Shown: piece by piece, positions 17,973-27,107 of the stretch
Numbering within the stretch: the first letter of the stretch is position 1
Layout of the letters: each line of letters opens with the position of its first letter
Source: Myxococcota bacterium
GTDB lineage: Bacteria; Myxococcota_A; SURF-8; G963663525
Direction of reading: 5' to 3'
NCBI GenBank assembly: GCA_963663525.2
Contig: CAXXHC010000001.1
Coordinates: forward strand, 2,406,525-2,470,524
Length of the DNA stretch: 64,000 nt
The notes under the pieces: model-generated
Database searches by the model: none
What the model saw: the letters and a program-made list of their open reading frames with translations, nothing else
What the model was told of the DNA's origin: nothing
Translations under genes and position numbers: made by a program

Positions 17973-18063
17973 GTAGGAGCAAGTCTCCCGGTTTGCTCCG
18001 CAGGTTCATGCCAAAAACCCTACGAAAAACGAGGGGTTCAGGTCGGGAGACCTGAACCCCTCG
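17973..18063 (+). repeat. Family C hairpin-pair element, copy 1
   Basis: GGAGCAA..TTGCTCC hairpin, then CAGGTTCATGCC, then GGGGTTCAGGT..ACCTGAACCCC hairpin. Collinear with 48923-49021. Shorter variant at 19768-19823. Confidence 0.8.
18024..18063 (-). terminator. Probable terminator of the MORN gene, formed by the second hairpin of the family C element
   Basis: On the minus strand, a 14-bp stem (18030-43 / 18050-63) is followed by TTTTTCGTA. Confidence 0.65.
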
Positions 18064-18077
18064 GAAGGGTATCACCC

Positions 18078-19589
18078 TTATCTACATCTTCCGCTGCAAA
18101 CGCTGTCTGTCTCGCAAATCGGCTGGATTCCAGTAGTATAATATGACTCTCTACACTTTCTAATTTCGTTTAAGCATTCCCTCATGCAACGAGCGCGTTC
18201 TATTGATTTCTGCTCTGCATCGCGTTCGTCTTCTTTCTTCCTTCTTGCTTTTTCCTCGGAAGCTCTGAGCATCTCTCTTAAATAGTCAGTAGCTTTTACT
18301 GCAGCCGCATCGTCAGGAAAGTCATTGATAATTTGTTTAAGGACAATCTTCGCTTCGAATTGTTTTCCTTCTAGGTCTAGTTTCCCTGCATAAACATACA
18401 TGGAATTCGGGGTTTTGTATTTTTTATGACTAAAGGACCATGTGCCAGATTCGTCAATCCGTTCGTCATTGTTATAACGTCCTTTAAAGATAATTCCATC
18501 CGGCCAGGTCAAGGTTCCCTGGCCGTGGAATTTGCCGTCCTTGAACTCGCCGACGTATTTCTTACCATTCGGCCAGGTATAGGTTCCCTGGCCGTGGAAT
18601 TTGTCGTCCTTGTACTCGCCGACGTATTTTCTACCATCTGCTAAAGTCAAGGTTCCCTGACCATTTCTTTTGTCGTCCTTGAACTCGCCGACGTATTTCT
18701 GACCATCCGGCCAGGTATAGGTTCCCTGACCGTGGGATTTGTCGTCCTTGAACTCGCCGACGTATTTCTGACCATCCGGCCAGGTATAGGTTCCCTGACC
18801 GTGGGATTTGCCGTCCTTGAACTCGCCGACGTATTTCTTACCATTCGGCCAGGTATAGGTTCCCTGGCCGTGGAATTTGTCGTCCTTGTACTCGCCGACG
18901 TATTTTCTACCATCTGCTAAAGTCAAGGTTCCCTGACCATTTCTTTTGTCGTCCTTGTACTCGCCGACGTATTTCTGACCATCCGGCCAGGTATAGGTTC
19001 CCTGACCGTGGGATTTGTCGTCCTTGAACTCGCCGACGTATTTCTTACCATCCGGCCAGGTATAGGTTCCCTGACCGTGGAATTTGCCGTCCTTGTACTC
19101 GCCGACGTATTTCTGACCATCCGGCCAGGTATAGGTTCCCTGACCGTGGGATTTGCCGTCCTTGAACTCGCCGACGTATTTCTTACCATTCGGCCAGGTC
19201 AAGGTTCCCTGACCATTTCTTTTGCCGTCCTTGTGCTCGCCGACGTATTTGTGACCACTCGGCCAGGTATGGGTTCCCTGGCCGTGGTATTTGCCGTCCT
19301 TGTACTCGCCGACGTATTTCTCACCATCCGGCCAGGTAAAGGTTCCCTGGCCGTGGTATTTACCGTCCTTGAACTCGCCGACGTATTTCTGACCTTTCTC
19401 AAAGGCAAGGGTTCCTTTTCCATGAACTTTTCCGTCTTTGCATTCTCCATCCCATGTTACCGGCGGCTGCAACGATGTCCATATTTTGCATCCATTGGTG
19501 TCTTCTAAAAAACGATAATCTCCTGCTAATAAAGGAGAGGATATGGCTAACATCAACCCAATAAATACACATACACGATATCTTCTCAT
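18078..19589 (-). CDS. MORN-repeat protein (about 14 repeats) with signal peptide and a Cys-containing helical C-terminal domain
   Basis: TAAGGAGGTTGAATATC precedes ATG 19589. MRRYRVCVFIGLMLAISSPLLAG signal. 23-aa units YVGEFKDGKxHGQGTYTWPDGxK. GC visibly lower than neighbours. Confidence 0.9.
   Translation of the reverse strand: MRRYRVCVFIGLMLAISSPLLAGDYRFLEDTNGCKIWTSLQPPVTWDGECKDGKVHGKGTLAFEKGQKYVGEFKDGKYHGQGTFTWPDGEKYVGEYKDGKYHGQGTHTWPSGHKYVGEHKDGKRNGQGTLTWPNGKKYVGEFKDGKSHGQGTYTWPDGQKYVGEYKDGKFHGQGTYTWPDGKKYVGEFKDDKSHGQGTYTWPDGQKYVGEYKDDKRNGQGTLTLADGRKYVGEYKDDKFHGQGTYTWPNGKKYVGEFKDGKSHGQGTYTWPDGQKYVGEFKDDKSHGQGTYTWPDGQKYVGEFKDDKRNGQGTLTLADGRKYVGEYKDDKFHGQGTYTWPNGKKYVGEFKDGKFHGQGTLTWPDGIIFKGRYNNDERIDESGTWSFSHKKYKTPNSMYVYAGKLDLEGKQFEAKIVLKQIINDFPDDAAAVKATDYLREMLRASEEKARRKKEDERDAEQKSIERARCMRECLNEIRKCRESYYTTGIQPICETDSVCSGRCR
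18500..19420. repeat. Intragenic 69-bp tandem array (MORN units) with 276-bp higher-order periodicity
   Basis: The 57-nt string TATTTTCTACCATCTGCTAAAGTCAAGGTTCCCTGACCATTTCTTTTGTCGTCCTTG occurs at 18625 and again at 18901, an offset of 276 = 4 x 69. Confidence 0.9.
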
Positions 19590-19611
19590 GATATTCAACC
19601 TCCTTAGCCTT

Positions 19612-19637
19612 GTAGGTCGGGTCATCTGACCCGACAT
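19612..19637. repeat. REP-like hairpin (family A) in the MORN gene leader
   Basis: GTAGGTCGGGTCATCTGACCCGACAT. Confidence 0.65.
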
Positions 19638-19767
19638 TGCTTCGCTTTCAATCCATTGTTTCACATAAATTGAACCAATAGTCGAAACGATCAGTGCCAA
19701 TAAAAAACAATAATTTTATATCCTAGTAGGTCTAGGTTCCTGTGACATGTAAATTTCTCCTCACGAG

Positions 19768-19823
19768 GGAGCAGGATTCCATCCTGCTCCTGAAAATTTC
19801 GGTTCAGGTTGGAAACCTGAACC
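19768..19823 (+). repeat. Family C short variant (two hairpins)
   Basis: GGAGCAGGAT-TCC-ATCCTGCTCC and GGTTCAGGTT-GGA-AACCTGAACC. Confidence 0.6.
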
Positions 19824-20041
19824 CTCTCATCCTGCGAGAACTCCTCCCACGACATGGGCATTTTCGAAACGGTTGAATATTCCGAACAAAGCACGGTGAC
19901 AGTCATGTTGTCAAGACCCACTCCCCATTCCCCCCCGCAATTTGCGTTTCTCCCCGCTCTCCACTACATTCCTTGCACCGCCGGGATTCAAGCGACACCT
20001 GCCCGGTTATCCGCAACCCGAAACGCGACATGGGAGCCCAT

Positions 20042-22309
20042 ATGCACGCCGAGTACCTCAACGACCTGAACCCTCCCCAACGGGACGCCGTAGAGCACGG
20101 CGACGGACCCCTGCTCGTGCTGGCGGGGGCCGGATCGGGCAAAACACGGGTCATCACCTACCGGATCGCCCACCTGATCCGCGCCATGGGCGTCAAGCCC
20201 TGGAACATCCTCGCCGTCACCTTCACCAACAAGGCGGCGGGGGAGATGAAACAGCGCGTCAACCGCCTGCTCGACGACGCGGGCGCGATGGTCCACCTGG
20301 GCACGTTTCACAGCATCGGGGCGCGCTTTTTGCGTCGCCACATTCCCATGCTGGGCTACGAACCCACGTTCACGATCTACGACTCCAACGACCAGCTCGC
20401 TCTGGTCACGGCCATTCTCAAACGCCTGGGCTACGACCGCAACACCATCGCGCCCCGGAAGATGCTCGCGGCGATCAGCGGGATGAAACAGCAGATGGAA
20501 GGCCCCGAAACGCTGGCCGACTACCAGGGCTTCGACCCCTTCCGCAAGGCGCTCACGCTGGCCTATCCCGCCTACCAGGATTCGTTGAAGAAGAACAACG
20601 CCGTCGATTTCGACGATCTGCTGGTGCTGCCGGTGCGGTTGCTTGAAGAATTTCAAGAACTTAGGGATCAATACAACGAGCGCTGGCGCTACCTGCTGGT
20701 GGACGAATACCAGGACACCAACCTCGTCCAGTACAAGTGGCTGAAGCTGCTCACCACGAATCACGACAACATCTGCGTGGTGGGCGACGACGACCAGGCG
20801 ATCTATCGCTGGCGCGGGGCCGACGTGCGCAACATCCTCCAGTTCGAGCGCGACTTTCCCGGAACGAAGCTCGTCAAGCTGGAGCGCAACTACCGCTCCA
20901 CCGGGCACATTCTGGAGGCGGCGCACCAGGTCGTCACCAAGGTCAAGGGGCGCAAAAGCAAAAAGCTCTGGACCGAGGACGAAAACGGAGACAAGCCGGT
21001 GGTGTTCCAGGCACCCACCGAGCGGCGCGAGGCGATCTGGGTGGTGGAGCGCATCCGCGAATTGATGAAAAACCACGACTACAAGCGCTCCGACTGCGCC
21101 GTCTTCTACCGCACCAACTTCCAGTCCCGCGTATTGGAAGAGCAGTTCCGGGCCAACGGCATTCCTTATACCATCGTGGGTGGCGTGCGGTTTTACGAGC
21201 GCAAGGAGATCAAGGACGCTTTAGCCTACCTGCGGATTTTGCTCAACCCGGCAGACGACATCAGCGCCTTGCGTATCGTCAACGTCCCGCCGCGCGGTAT
21301 CGGGAAAATCACCATCGAGAAAATTCAGCAAAACGCCGCCGAACGCAACGTGTCGTTCCTCGATGCGGCACTGGACGAAGCCAAGGAGCCGCAAGTCATC
21401 GGGCGTGCTTCGGCGTTGCGCCTGCAGGGGTTCATGGAGTTGTACGGATCGCTGCTGGAGGCGTCGAAGACGCTGCCGTTGGACGAGCTATTGAAAAAAG
21501 TGCTGGACGACTGCGGCTACTGGGACATGCTCACCAAAGACGGAAGCGAGGAGGCGCAGGACCGCTCCACCAACCTTGCGGAACTCATCAACGAAGTGGC
21601 GGAATTCGTCGTCATGCACGAAGACGAGGCGACGCTCGATGCTTTTCTGGAACGAGTTTCGTTGGTCAGCGACCTCGACGACCTCGACGAAAAAGAGGAT
21701 CGCGTGCCGCTGATGACGCTGCATTCGGCGAAAGGACTGGAGTTCGACGCGGTGTTTCTGACCGGACTCGAAGAGGAAATCCTCCCTCATTCCAGGGCTT
21801 TGGACGAAGAAGGCGGCATGGACGAGGAACGCCGCCTGTGCTACGTCGGCATGACGCGCGCCCGCAAAAAACTGCACTTGACCCTGGCGTCGAGCCGCAT
21901 GGTGTTCGGCTCCACTCGCAGTTCGGAGCCTTCCACCTTCCTGCAGGACATCGAGCCGGATCTGCTCGACGTGCAGACACCGAAGCCGCCGCGCTCCCGG
22001 CTGAAGGGCATGAGTTTCGAGGAGTTCGCGGTCAGTACCGGGGCGTACAAAAAAGCCAAGGAAAACGAGAGGTTGCAGCCTCCTCGCCAGACGTTGACGA
22101 GCGCGGAACCGGAGCACGAACCGGTGTTCGATGCCGATTCGGGGGAGATGCTGGGCCAGTATCGTCCGGGCGTGAAAGTGTTTCACCGGAGCTTCGGCGT
22201 GGGGAAAATCGTGCAGGTCGAGGGGGCAGGACAGTCGGCGAAATGCACCGTGCTGTTTCCCGGCACGCCGATGAAAAAAATCGTCGCAAAATTCCTCCAG
22301 GTGGTCTGA
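20042..22309 (+). CDS. pcrA: ATP-dependent DNA helicase PcrA/UvrD family
   Basis: MHAEYLNDLNPPQRDAVEH, Walker A AGAGSGKT, DEYQDT, and later SF1 motifs. C-terminal Tudor-like tail. Start taken at ATG 20042; 20030 is also possible. Confidence 0.9.
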   Translation: MHAEYLNDLNPPQRDAVEHGDGPLLVLAGAGSGKTRVITYRIAHLIRAMGVKPWNILAVTFTNKAAGEMKQRVNRLLDDAGAMVHLGTFHSIGARFLRRHIPMLGYEPTFTIYDSNDQLALVTAILKRLGYDRNTIAPRKMLAAISGMKQQMEGPETLADYQGFDPFRKALTLAYPAYQDSLKKNNAVDFDDLLVLPVRLLEEFQELRDQYNERWRYLLVDEYQDTNLVQYKWLKLLTTNHDNICVVGDDDQAIYRWRGADVRNILQFERDFPGTKLVKLERNYRSTGHILEAAHQVVTKVKGRKSKKLWTEDENGDKPVVFQAPTERREAIWVVERIRELMKNHDYKRSDCAVFYRTNFQSRVLEEQFRANGIPYTIVGGVRFYERKEIKDALAYLRILLNPADDISALRIVNVPPRGIGKITIEKIQQNAAERNVSFLDAALDEAKEPQVIGRASALRLQGFMELYGSLLEASKTLPLDELLKKVLDDCGYWDMLTKDGSEEAQDRSTNLAELINEVAEFVVMHEDEATLDAFLERVSLVSDLDDLDEKEDRVPLMTLHSAKGLEFDAVFLTGLEEEILPHSRALDEEGGMDEERRLCYVGMTRARKKLHLTLASSRMVFGSTRSSEPSTFLQDIEPDLLDVQTPKPPRSRLKGMSFEEFAVSTGAYKKAKENERLQPPRQTLTSAEPEHEPVFDADSGEMLGQYRPGVKVFHRSFGVGKIVQVEGAGQSAKCTVLFPGTPMKKIVAKFLQVV

Positions 22310-22763
22310 AAATCGCCTGGAACGCGGCTCGGATCGCCATGCAAAAACGTGCAAAAACGCCAAAAAACCGGACTGCCTAAGGTAGAACTTAGGCACGTAG
22401 CCCCGTCTAATTACATGTTGCAAAATGGGGTTTTCGTGCGCGCCATCGACGCTTTTTGGGGCGATGGAATGTTGCCTATCTCACTGATTATGCAGGGTTT
22501 TCGAGATATCGGAGCCTAAACGGGATTTGCCTTGGGAGCCTTCGGCAGGCGTGAAAACACAGGCCCGACCAAGGTTCTACCTTTGCAAGAACATTTCGCG
22601 ACAAAACGTGCAAAACCATGCACGTTTGCTCTCACCTTGCTCGGATTTTTCGAGCAAAGGAAGTGCAAATAAACCATACGGGCTATACTAAATATCGTAA
22701 GCTTTACGAACATCGGACAGATTCGTTTTCCGACCGACGACGGGCGCTGTTTGTATCGATTTC

Positions 22764-22794
22764 AAAAAAAACGCCCGAAATCGCATTCGGGCGT
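22764..22794 (-). terminator. Rho-independent terminator of trxA
   Basis: Minus strand reads ACGCCCGAA-loop-TTCGGGCGT followed by TTTTTTT. Confidence 0.85.
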
Positions 22795-22821
22795 CGAAGG
22801 AAGGAGAGAGGAAATCGAATC

Positions 22822-23145
22822 TTACAGGTGCCGGTTGATGAAGGAGACCAGTTGTTCCTTCGGCAGCGCGCCGACCTGCATTTCGGCCAGTTTGCCGTCT
22901 TTGAAAATCATCAGGCTGGGAATGGAGCGAATGCGGTAGTTCACGGCGGTCTGCTGGTTTTCGTCGGTGTTGAGCTTGACGAACTTCATCTTGCCGTCGA
23001 ATTCCTCGGACAGCTCCTCGATCACCGGCCCGATGAAGCGGCAGGGACCGCACCAGGGCGCCCAGAAATCGACGAGGGTCGGGATTTCGGACTTCAACAC
23101 CTGGGCTTCGAAATCGGCATCCGTCACATGGCTTACGTTGGACAT
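22822..23145 (-). CDS. trxA: Thioredoxin
   Basis: WAPWCGPCR active site. 107 aa from ATG 23145. Confidence 0.95.
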   Translation of the reverse strand: MSNVSHVTDADFEAQVLKSEIPTLVDFWAPWCGPCRFIGPVIEELSEEFDGKMKFVKLNTDENQQTAVNYRIRSIPSLMIFKDGKLAEMQVGALPKEQLVSFINRHL

Positions 23146-23392
23146 TGCAAAATCCTTTCGTTTCAATCAAGGTCAGAGGTTCCGTCGTCGAACGCTTACA
23201 TCTTCTGAGACAATCGAACCTTTTCCGGTTTCGAAAAAAGTAAGCGGAATTCGTAAAAATGCAAGTGGAAAAACGAAAAGGCCGTCAAAGATCAAGGAGG
23301 GGCGGAAATTAAAATGTGGGGAAATCGTGAATCTCGTACGAAACCGTATTTTGCATAACTGTATGGAATTAAAAGATTATTTCCTTCAATCC

Positions 23393-23465
23393 GTAGGTCG
23401 GGTAATTGTTTTACCCGACATTTCCAAACGCCATGAATGTGTCGGGTAGAGCAATTACCCGACCT
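23393..23465. repeat. Composite 73-bp REP-like element (family A), near-copy of 62285-62356
   Basis: GTAGGTCGGGTAATTGTTTTACCCGACATTTCCAAACGCCATGAATGTGTCGGGTAGAGCAATTACCCGACCT. Two hairpins plus long-range complementarity of the ends. Confidence 0.85.
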
Positions 23466-23772
23466 TATATTTATAACATCCGATGGACATGGAAAGTCGA
23501 AAAAACGTGTAAATTCCTTAAGTTGTATACGTAGGGCAAGCGAATTTTCAGCCCGATACCTTGGCATTGTTGGGTATGACAATCCCCGACCGACACGAAA
23601 TTTTGTGTAAAATCGCGAGCTTTCAAAAAACCGCGAACGCGAATCGAAAAAAAAACGGCGAAGAAAAGCGACGCAGCGCGTTTCGCAACGTCGAAATTTG
23701 TAAGCGCTGAAAATCATTTGTTGACCGGTACCCCCTCGGCTATAGTGAATCAGCAACTTCAGCGGAGTCCGA

Positions 23773-26682
23773 ATGCGATTTTCGTACCGAACCATTCTGC
23801 TATGCCTCGCGTTTTTCCTCTTCCTGCCGGAAACGGGGTGGAGTTATCCGCCCGAATTCGTCTGGCGCACGATCGAAACCGAGCACTTCCGTATCCACTA
23901 CCACGAAGGCGGCGAGCGGTTGGCCGAGCGCGCGGCGCGGATGTCGGAGTCGATTTTCGAGGAAATGGCGCCGCTGATGGACTGGGACCCTGGGTACAAA
24001 CCGGAATTCACCATCGTGGACCACACCGACTCCCCCAACGGCTGGGCCAACGTCATTCCCTACAGCCAATCGACGTTCTACGCCGTGCCGCCGCCCACCA
24101 ACCACGATCTCAACGACTACGACGACTGGAAGCGGATTCTGATCGTTCACGAATTCACCCACGTGTTGCAACTGGACGTCCGTCGCGGTTTCCCCGCCTT
24201 GGTGCACACCATCGGCGGCAAGACCTTTCACCCCAACCAGATGCTGCCCCGTTTTTATACCGAGGGTATCGCGCAGTACTGCGAATCCCGCTATACGGCG
24301 GGCGGTCGCAACCGTTCCTCGACCTACGAAATGTACCTGCGCATGGACGTGCTGGAGGGCGAGGAACGCCGCCTGGACCAGATCACCGGCGACACCGCCC
24401 GCTGGCCCGGAGGGACGTTGCCCTATCTTTACGGGGCTAAATTCATGGCCTACCTGGCGGACCGCTACGGCGAAAAGTCTTACGCTGCGCTGAGTTACTT
24501 GTTGGGACAGATGCTGGTTCCGTACTCGCTCAACACCTGGCTGCGGCAGATCGGGGACATGGACTGGCCCGACCTCTACGCCCAGTGGATGGCAGGATTG
24601 AAGGCGCGTTACCGTATGGAAGCCGAACGCCTGACGGAACTCGGCCTTACCCCGGTGACGAAACTCACCGATACCGGCGATTCCCATTGGGCCGGACCCG
24701 TAGATCCTACGGGCCGGAAAATCCTCCTGTTTCACGCCGACGCCCTGCAATCGCCCAACTGGAAAATCTATGACTTCGAAACGGGCGAATCGGAAACCCT
24801 GCTGGAGTTGCGCAGCAACGGCGGCATCGACTGGGGGCCGGACGGCACCGAGTTGGTCTATTCCACCGCCGCCTATCCCGACCGCCGCCTGCCGTTCTAC
24901 GATCTCTTCCTGTACGACATGAAAACCGGCCTTGGCCGACAGATCACCTTCGATCGCCGGGCCAGGGAACCCGCTTTTGCCCGCACGGGTCGCCGCATCG
25001 CCTATGTCAGCAACCAGACAGGGTTTTCTCACCTCGAAATCCTCGATCTCGACCGCAACCGGACCCTCGAACCTTTCGAGCGCGAACGCTTCGACCAGGT
25101 GTTCGCCCCGGCCTGGTCGCCCGACGGTCGCCTTTTGGCCTTCGGAGGATTCAAGGAGGGCGGTTTCAAGCATATCTACCTGTATGACACCCGGACGAAG
25201 GAGTTGCGGCAGGTCAGCGATTCGGGGGCGATCAACTACCATCCGTCTTTTGCTCCCGATGGCCGCACCCTCTTCTATTCCTCCGACCGCACCGGCATTT
25301 TCAACGCCTACGCCTACGATCTGGAAAGCGGCGCGACCCGCCAAGTGACGAACGTGCTAGCGGGGGTTTTCGGTCCCAAAGTCTCTCCCGACGGGCGGCG
25401 GATGTATTTCACCACGTACTCTTCGATCGGCTACGACCTCGCGTATGTCGAGTTGTCCGACGCCTTCTGGATGCAAGAGCCGGAACCCATGGATATCCGG
25501 GTGAAATTCGATCCTTACGAGCCGGAAATTCCCTACGTGGACCGGGAGTATTCTCCCTTTCCGGCGCTGTATCCTCACCACTGGAGGCCGGACTGGGGAC
25601 AGGACCATGCCGGAGATACGCTGGGTATTTCCACCTACGCTTCCGACCCGGCGGAGCGTCATAGCTGGAGTGCGGCCTTCGATTACGGCGTGAAAAGCCG
25701 CCAGCCCACGTTCGGGTTGGGATACGTGGCCCGTGTCTTCTATCCCACGGTGTCGATGCGCTTTTCCCATACCTCCTACACGCTGCATGACGCCGCGAAG
25801 AAAGACGGGGCGAAGATCGACCAGGACGAATCCCGCTACTCCGGCTCGCTGAGCTTCTCCTATTCGTTCCGGGGCGTGGACTACCGTTTCGACGACGTGC
25901 ACGGCTATGCCCACAGCATCTATATGAGCTACAATTTCCGATACTTACGGCTGCTCGACAGCTACACTTTCGAGCCGCTGGAGGATGCGCCGTCGTTCGT
26001 CGATACCGGCTACGTGGGAAGCCTCAGCTTCGGGTACAGTTATTCGAACATCGAGGGCCGGACGGGGTTCATCGGTTCGGCCAAGGGGCGTTCGCTGGGG
26101 GTTTCCATCGGGCTGAGCCACGACATCTTCGGCTCCGAATACAACGGGGCGAGCATCTACGGCTCGTACAACGAGTACATCCCGAACCCCTGGGTGCCGC
26201 GCCACTCGCTGGCCATCCGCGTGGTGGGAGGCATGGGAGCCTATGACTACCGCAACCGGCAGGTGTTTTACATCGGCGGACCGCCGGAGCGCGACGTGGT
26301 GGACGACATCCTGCACGACGAGCGCCAGTGGGGCGACTACGTGCGAGGCTACAAGCAGTATTCGTTGAGTGGCGATAAGTATATGATGTTACGGAGCGAA
26401 TACCGTTTCCCGATCTGGGACATCGAACGGGGCGTGTACACGCTGCCGCTGTTCTTCCGACGCCTCCACGCCGCTCCGTTTTTCGACATGGCCAGCATCT
26501 GGACCAAAGACTGGAGCACCGACAGCTTCGTTCCCGGCGTGGGGGGGGAAATCCGCCTGGACATGGTGACTGGGTATTTCGAACCGCTGACCCTGCGAGC
26601 GGGCTACATGGCCGGACTGAGCAAACGCTACAAAGATGCCCAAAACAATACTTTCTATCTGGCTCTCGACAATATTTTCTGA
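23773..26682 (+). CDS. 969-aa outer-membrane protein: HExxH peptidase-like N-domain, TolB-like (PD40) beta-propeller, C-terminal beta-barrel
   Basis: Signal MRFSYRTILLCLAFFLFLPETGWS. LIVHEFTHVLQ (HExxH). Repeated SPDG/APDG propeller motifs (WSPDGRLLAF, FAPDGRTLFYSSDRTG, VSPDGRRMYF). Tyr/Gly-rich alternating C-terminal third ends ...FYLALDNIF (OMP-type terminal Phe). Confidence 0.8.
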   Translation: MRFSYRTILLCLAFFLFLPETGWSYPPEFVWRTIETEHFRIHYHEGGERLAERAARMSESIFEEMAPLMDWDPGYKPEFTIVDHTDSPNGWANVIPYSQSTFYAVPPPTNHDLNDYDDWKRILIVHEFTHVLQLDVRRGFPALVHTIGGKTFHPNQMLPRFYTEGIAQYCESRYTAGGRNRSSTYEMYLRMDVLEGEERRLDQITGDTARWPGGTLPYLYGAKFMAYLADRYGEKSYAALSYLLGQMLVPYSLNTWLRQIGDMDWPDLYAQWMAGLKARYRMEAERLTELGLTPVTKLTDTGDSHWAGPVDPTGRKILLFHADALQSPNWKIYDFETGESETLLELRSNGGIDWGPDGTELVYSTAAYPDRRLPFYDLFLYDMKTGLGRQITFDRRAREPAFARTGRRIAYVSNQTGFSHLEILDLDRNRTLEPFERERFDQVFAPAWSPDGRLLAFGGFKEGGFKHIYLYDTRTKELRQVSDSGAINYHPSFAPDGRTLFYSSDRTGIFNAYAYDLESGATRQVTNVLAGVFGPKVSPDGRRMYFTTYSSIGYDLAYVELSDAFWMQEPEPMDIRVKFDPYEPEIPYVDREYSPFPALYPHHWRPDWGQDHAGDTLGISTYASDPAERHSWSAAFDYGVKSRQPTFGLGYVARVFYPTVSMRFSHTSYTLHDAAKKDGAKIDQDESRYSGSLSFSYSFRGVDYRFDDVHGYAHSIYMSYNFRYLRLLDSYTFEPLEDAPSFVDTGYVGSLSFGYSYSNIEGRTGFIGSAKGRSLGVSIGLSHDIFGSEYNGASIYGSYNEYIPNPWVPRHSLAIRVVGGMGAYDYRNRQVFYIGGPPERDVVDDILHDERQWGDYVRGYKQYSLSGDKYMMLRSEYRFPIWDIERGVYTLPLFFRRLHAAPFFDMASIWTKDWSTDSFVPGVGGEIRLDMVTGYFEPLTLRAGYMAGLSKRYKDAQNNTFYLALDNIF

Positions 26683-26710
26683 TTTTAGTGGGGCATTTCA
26701 GGGAGAAAGC

Positions 26711-26737
26711 AGGTCGGGTAATTGCTTTACCCGACAC
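26711..26737. repeat. REP-like hairpin (family A)
   Basis: AGGTCGGGTAATTGCTTTACCCGACAC. Confidence 0.65.
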
Positions 26738-27107
26738 CCATCGATAGCGGTGCGATAGCCCCCCTCCCCCCGGAAACAACGTGTGGCACGGGCTAACCCG
26801 TATAATTCATGAAGAATCTACTGCGACTTGAAAATCCTCGATCTTTCACTTGTTTCCCGATTTTCATCCTCGACAGACTGTAAAGTATGCCTGCGGGTGA
26901 AAATCGGTCCAACTTCATGAAATATCTTCGGTTTTCGGCGTCTCGCTACGATCCTCATGAATAATGCGGGCTAAGCGGCGTGGAACGTCCGCTTGCCCGT
27001 GTACGAACGATGTTCATGGGCAACCTGCGGTTGGCCCATGCCACACATGGCGAGACAATCGCCAAAATCAAATAGCAACTGCTATAATTCGTAAAAACGG
27101 AATGATT

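Noticed and set aside
18500-19420. Regular 69-bp repeats that a naive detector might call a CRISPR array
   Set aside because: There is no repeat-spacer alternation. The whole array is in frame and encodes MORN units. No cas genes are present.
20737-22380. 547-aa plus-strand ORF in an alternative frame of pcrA
   Set aside because: Arg/Gly/Ala-rich, no motifs, and wholly nested in the helicase gene.
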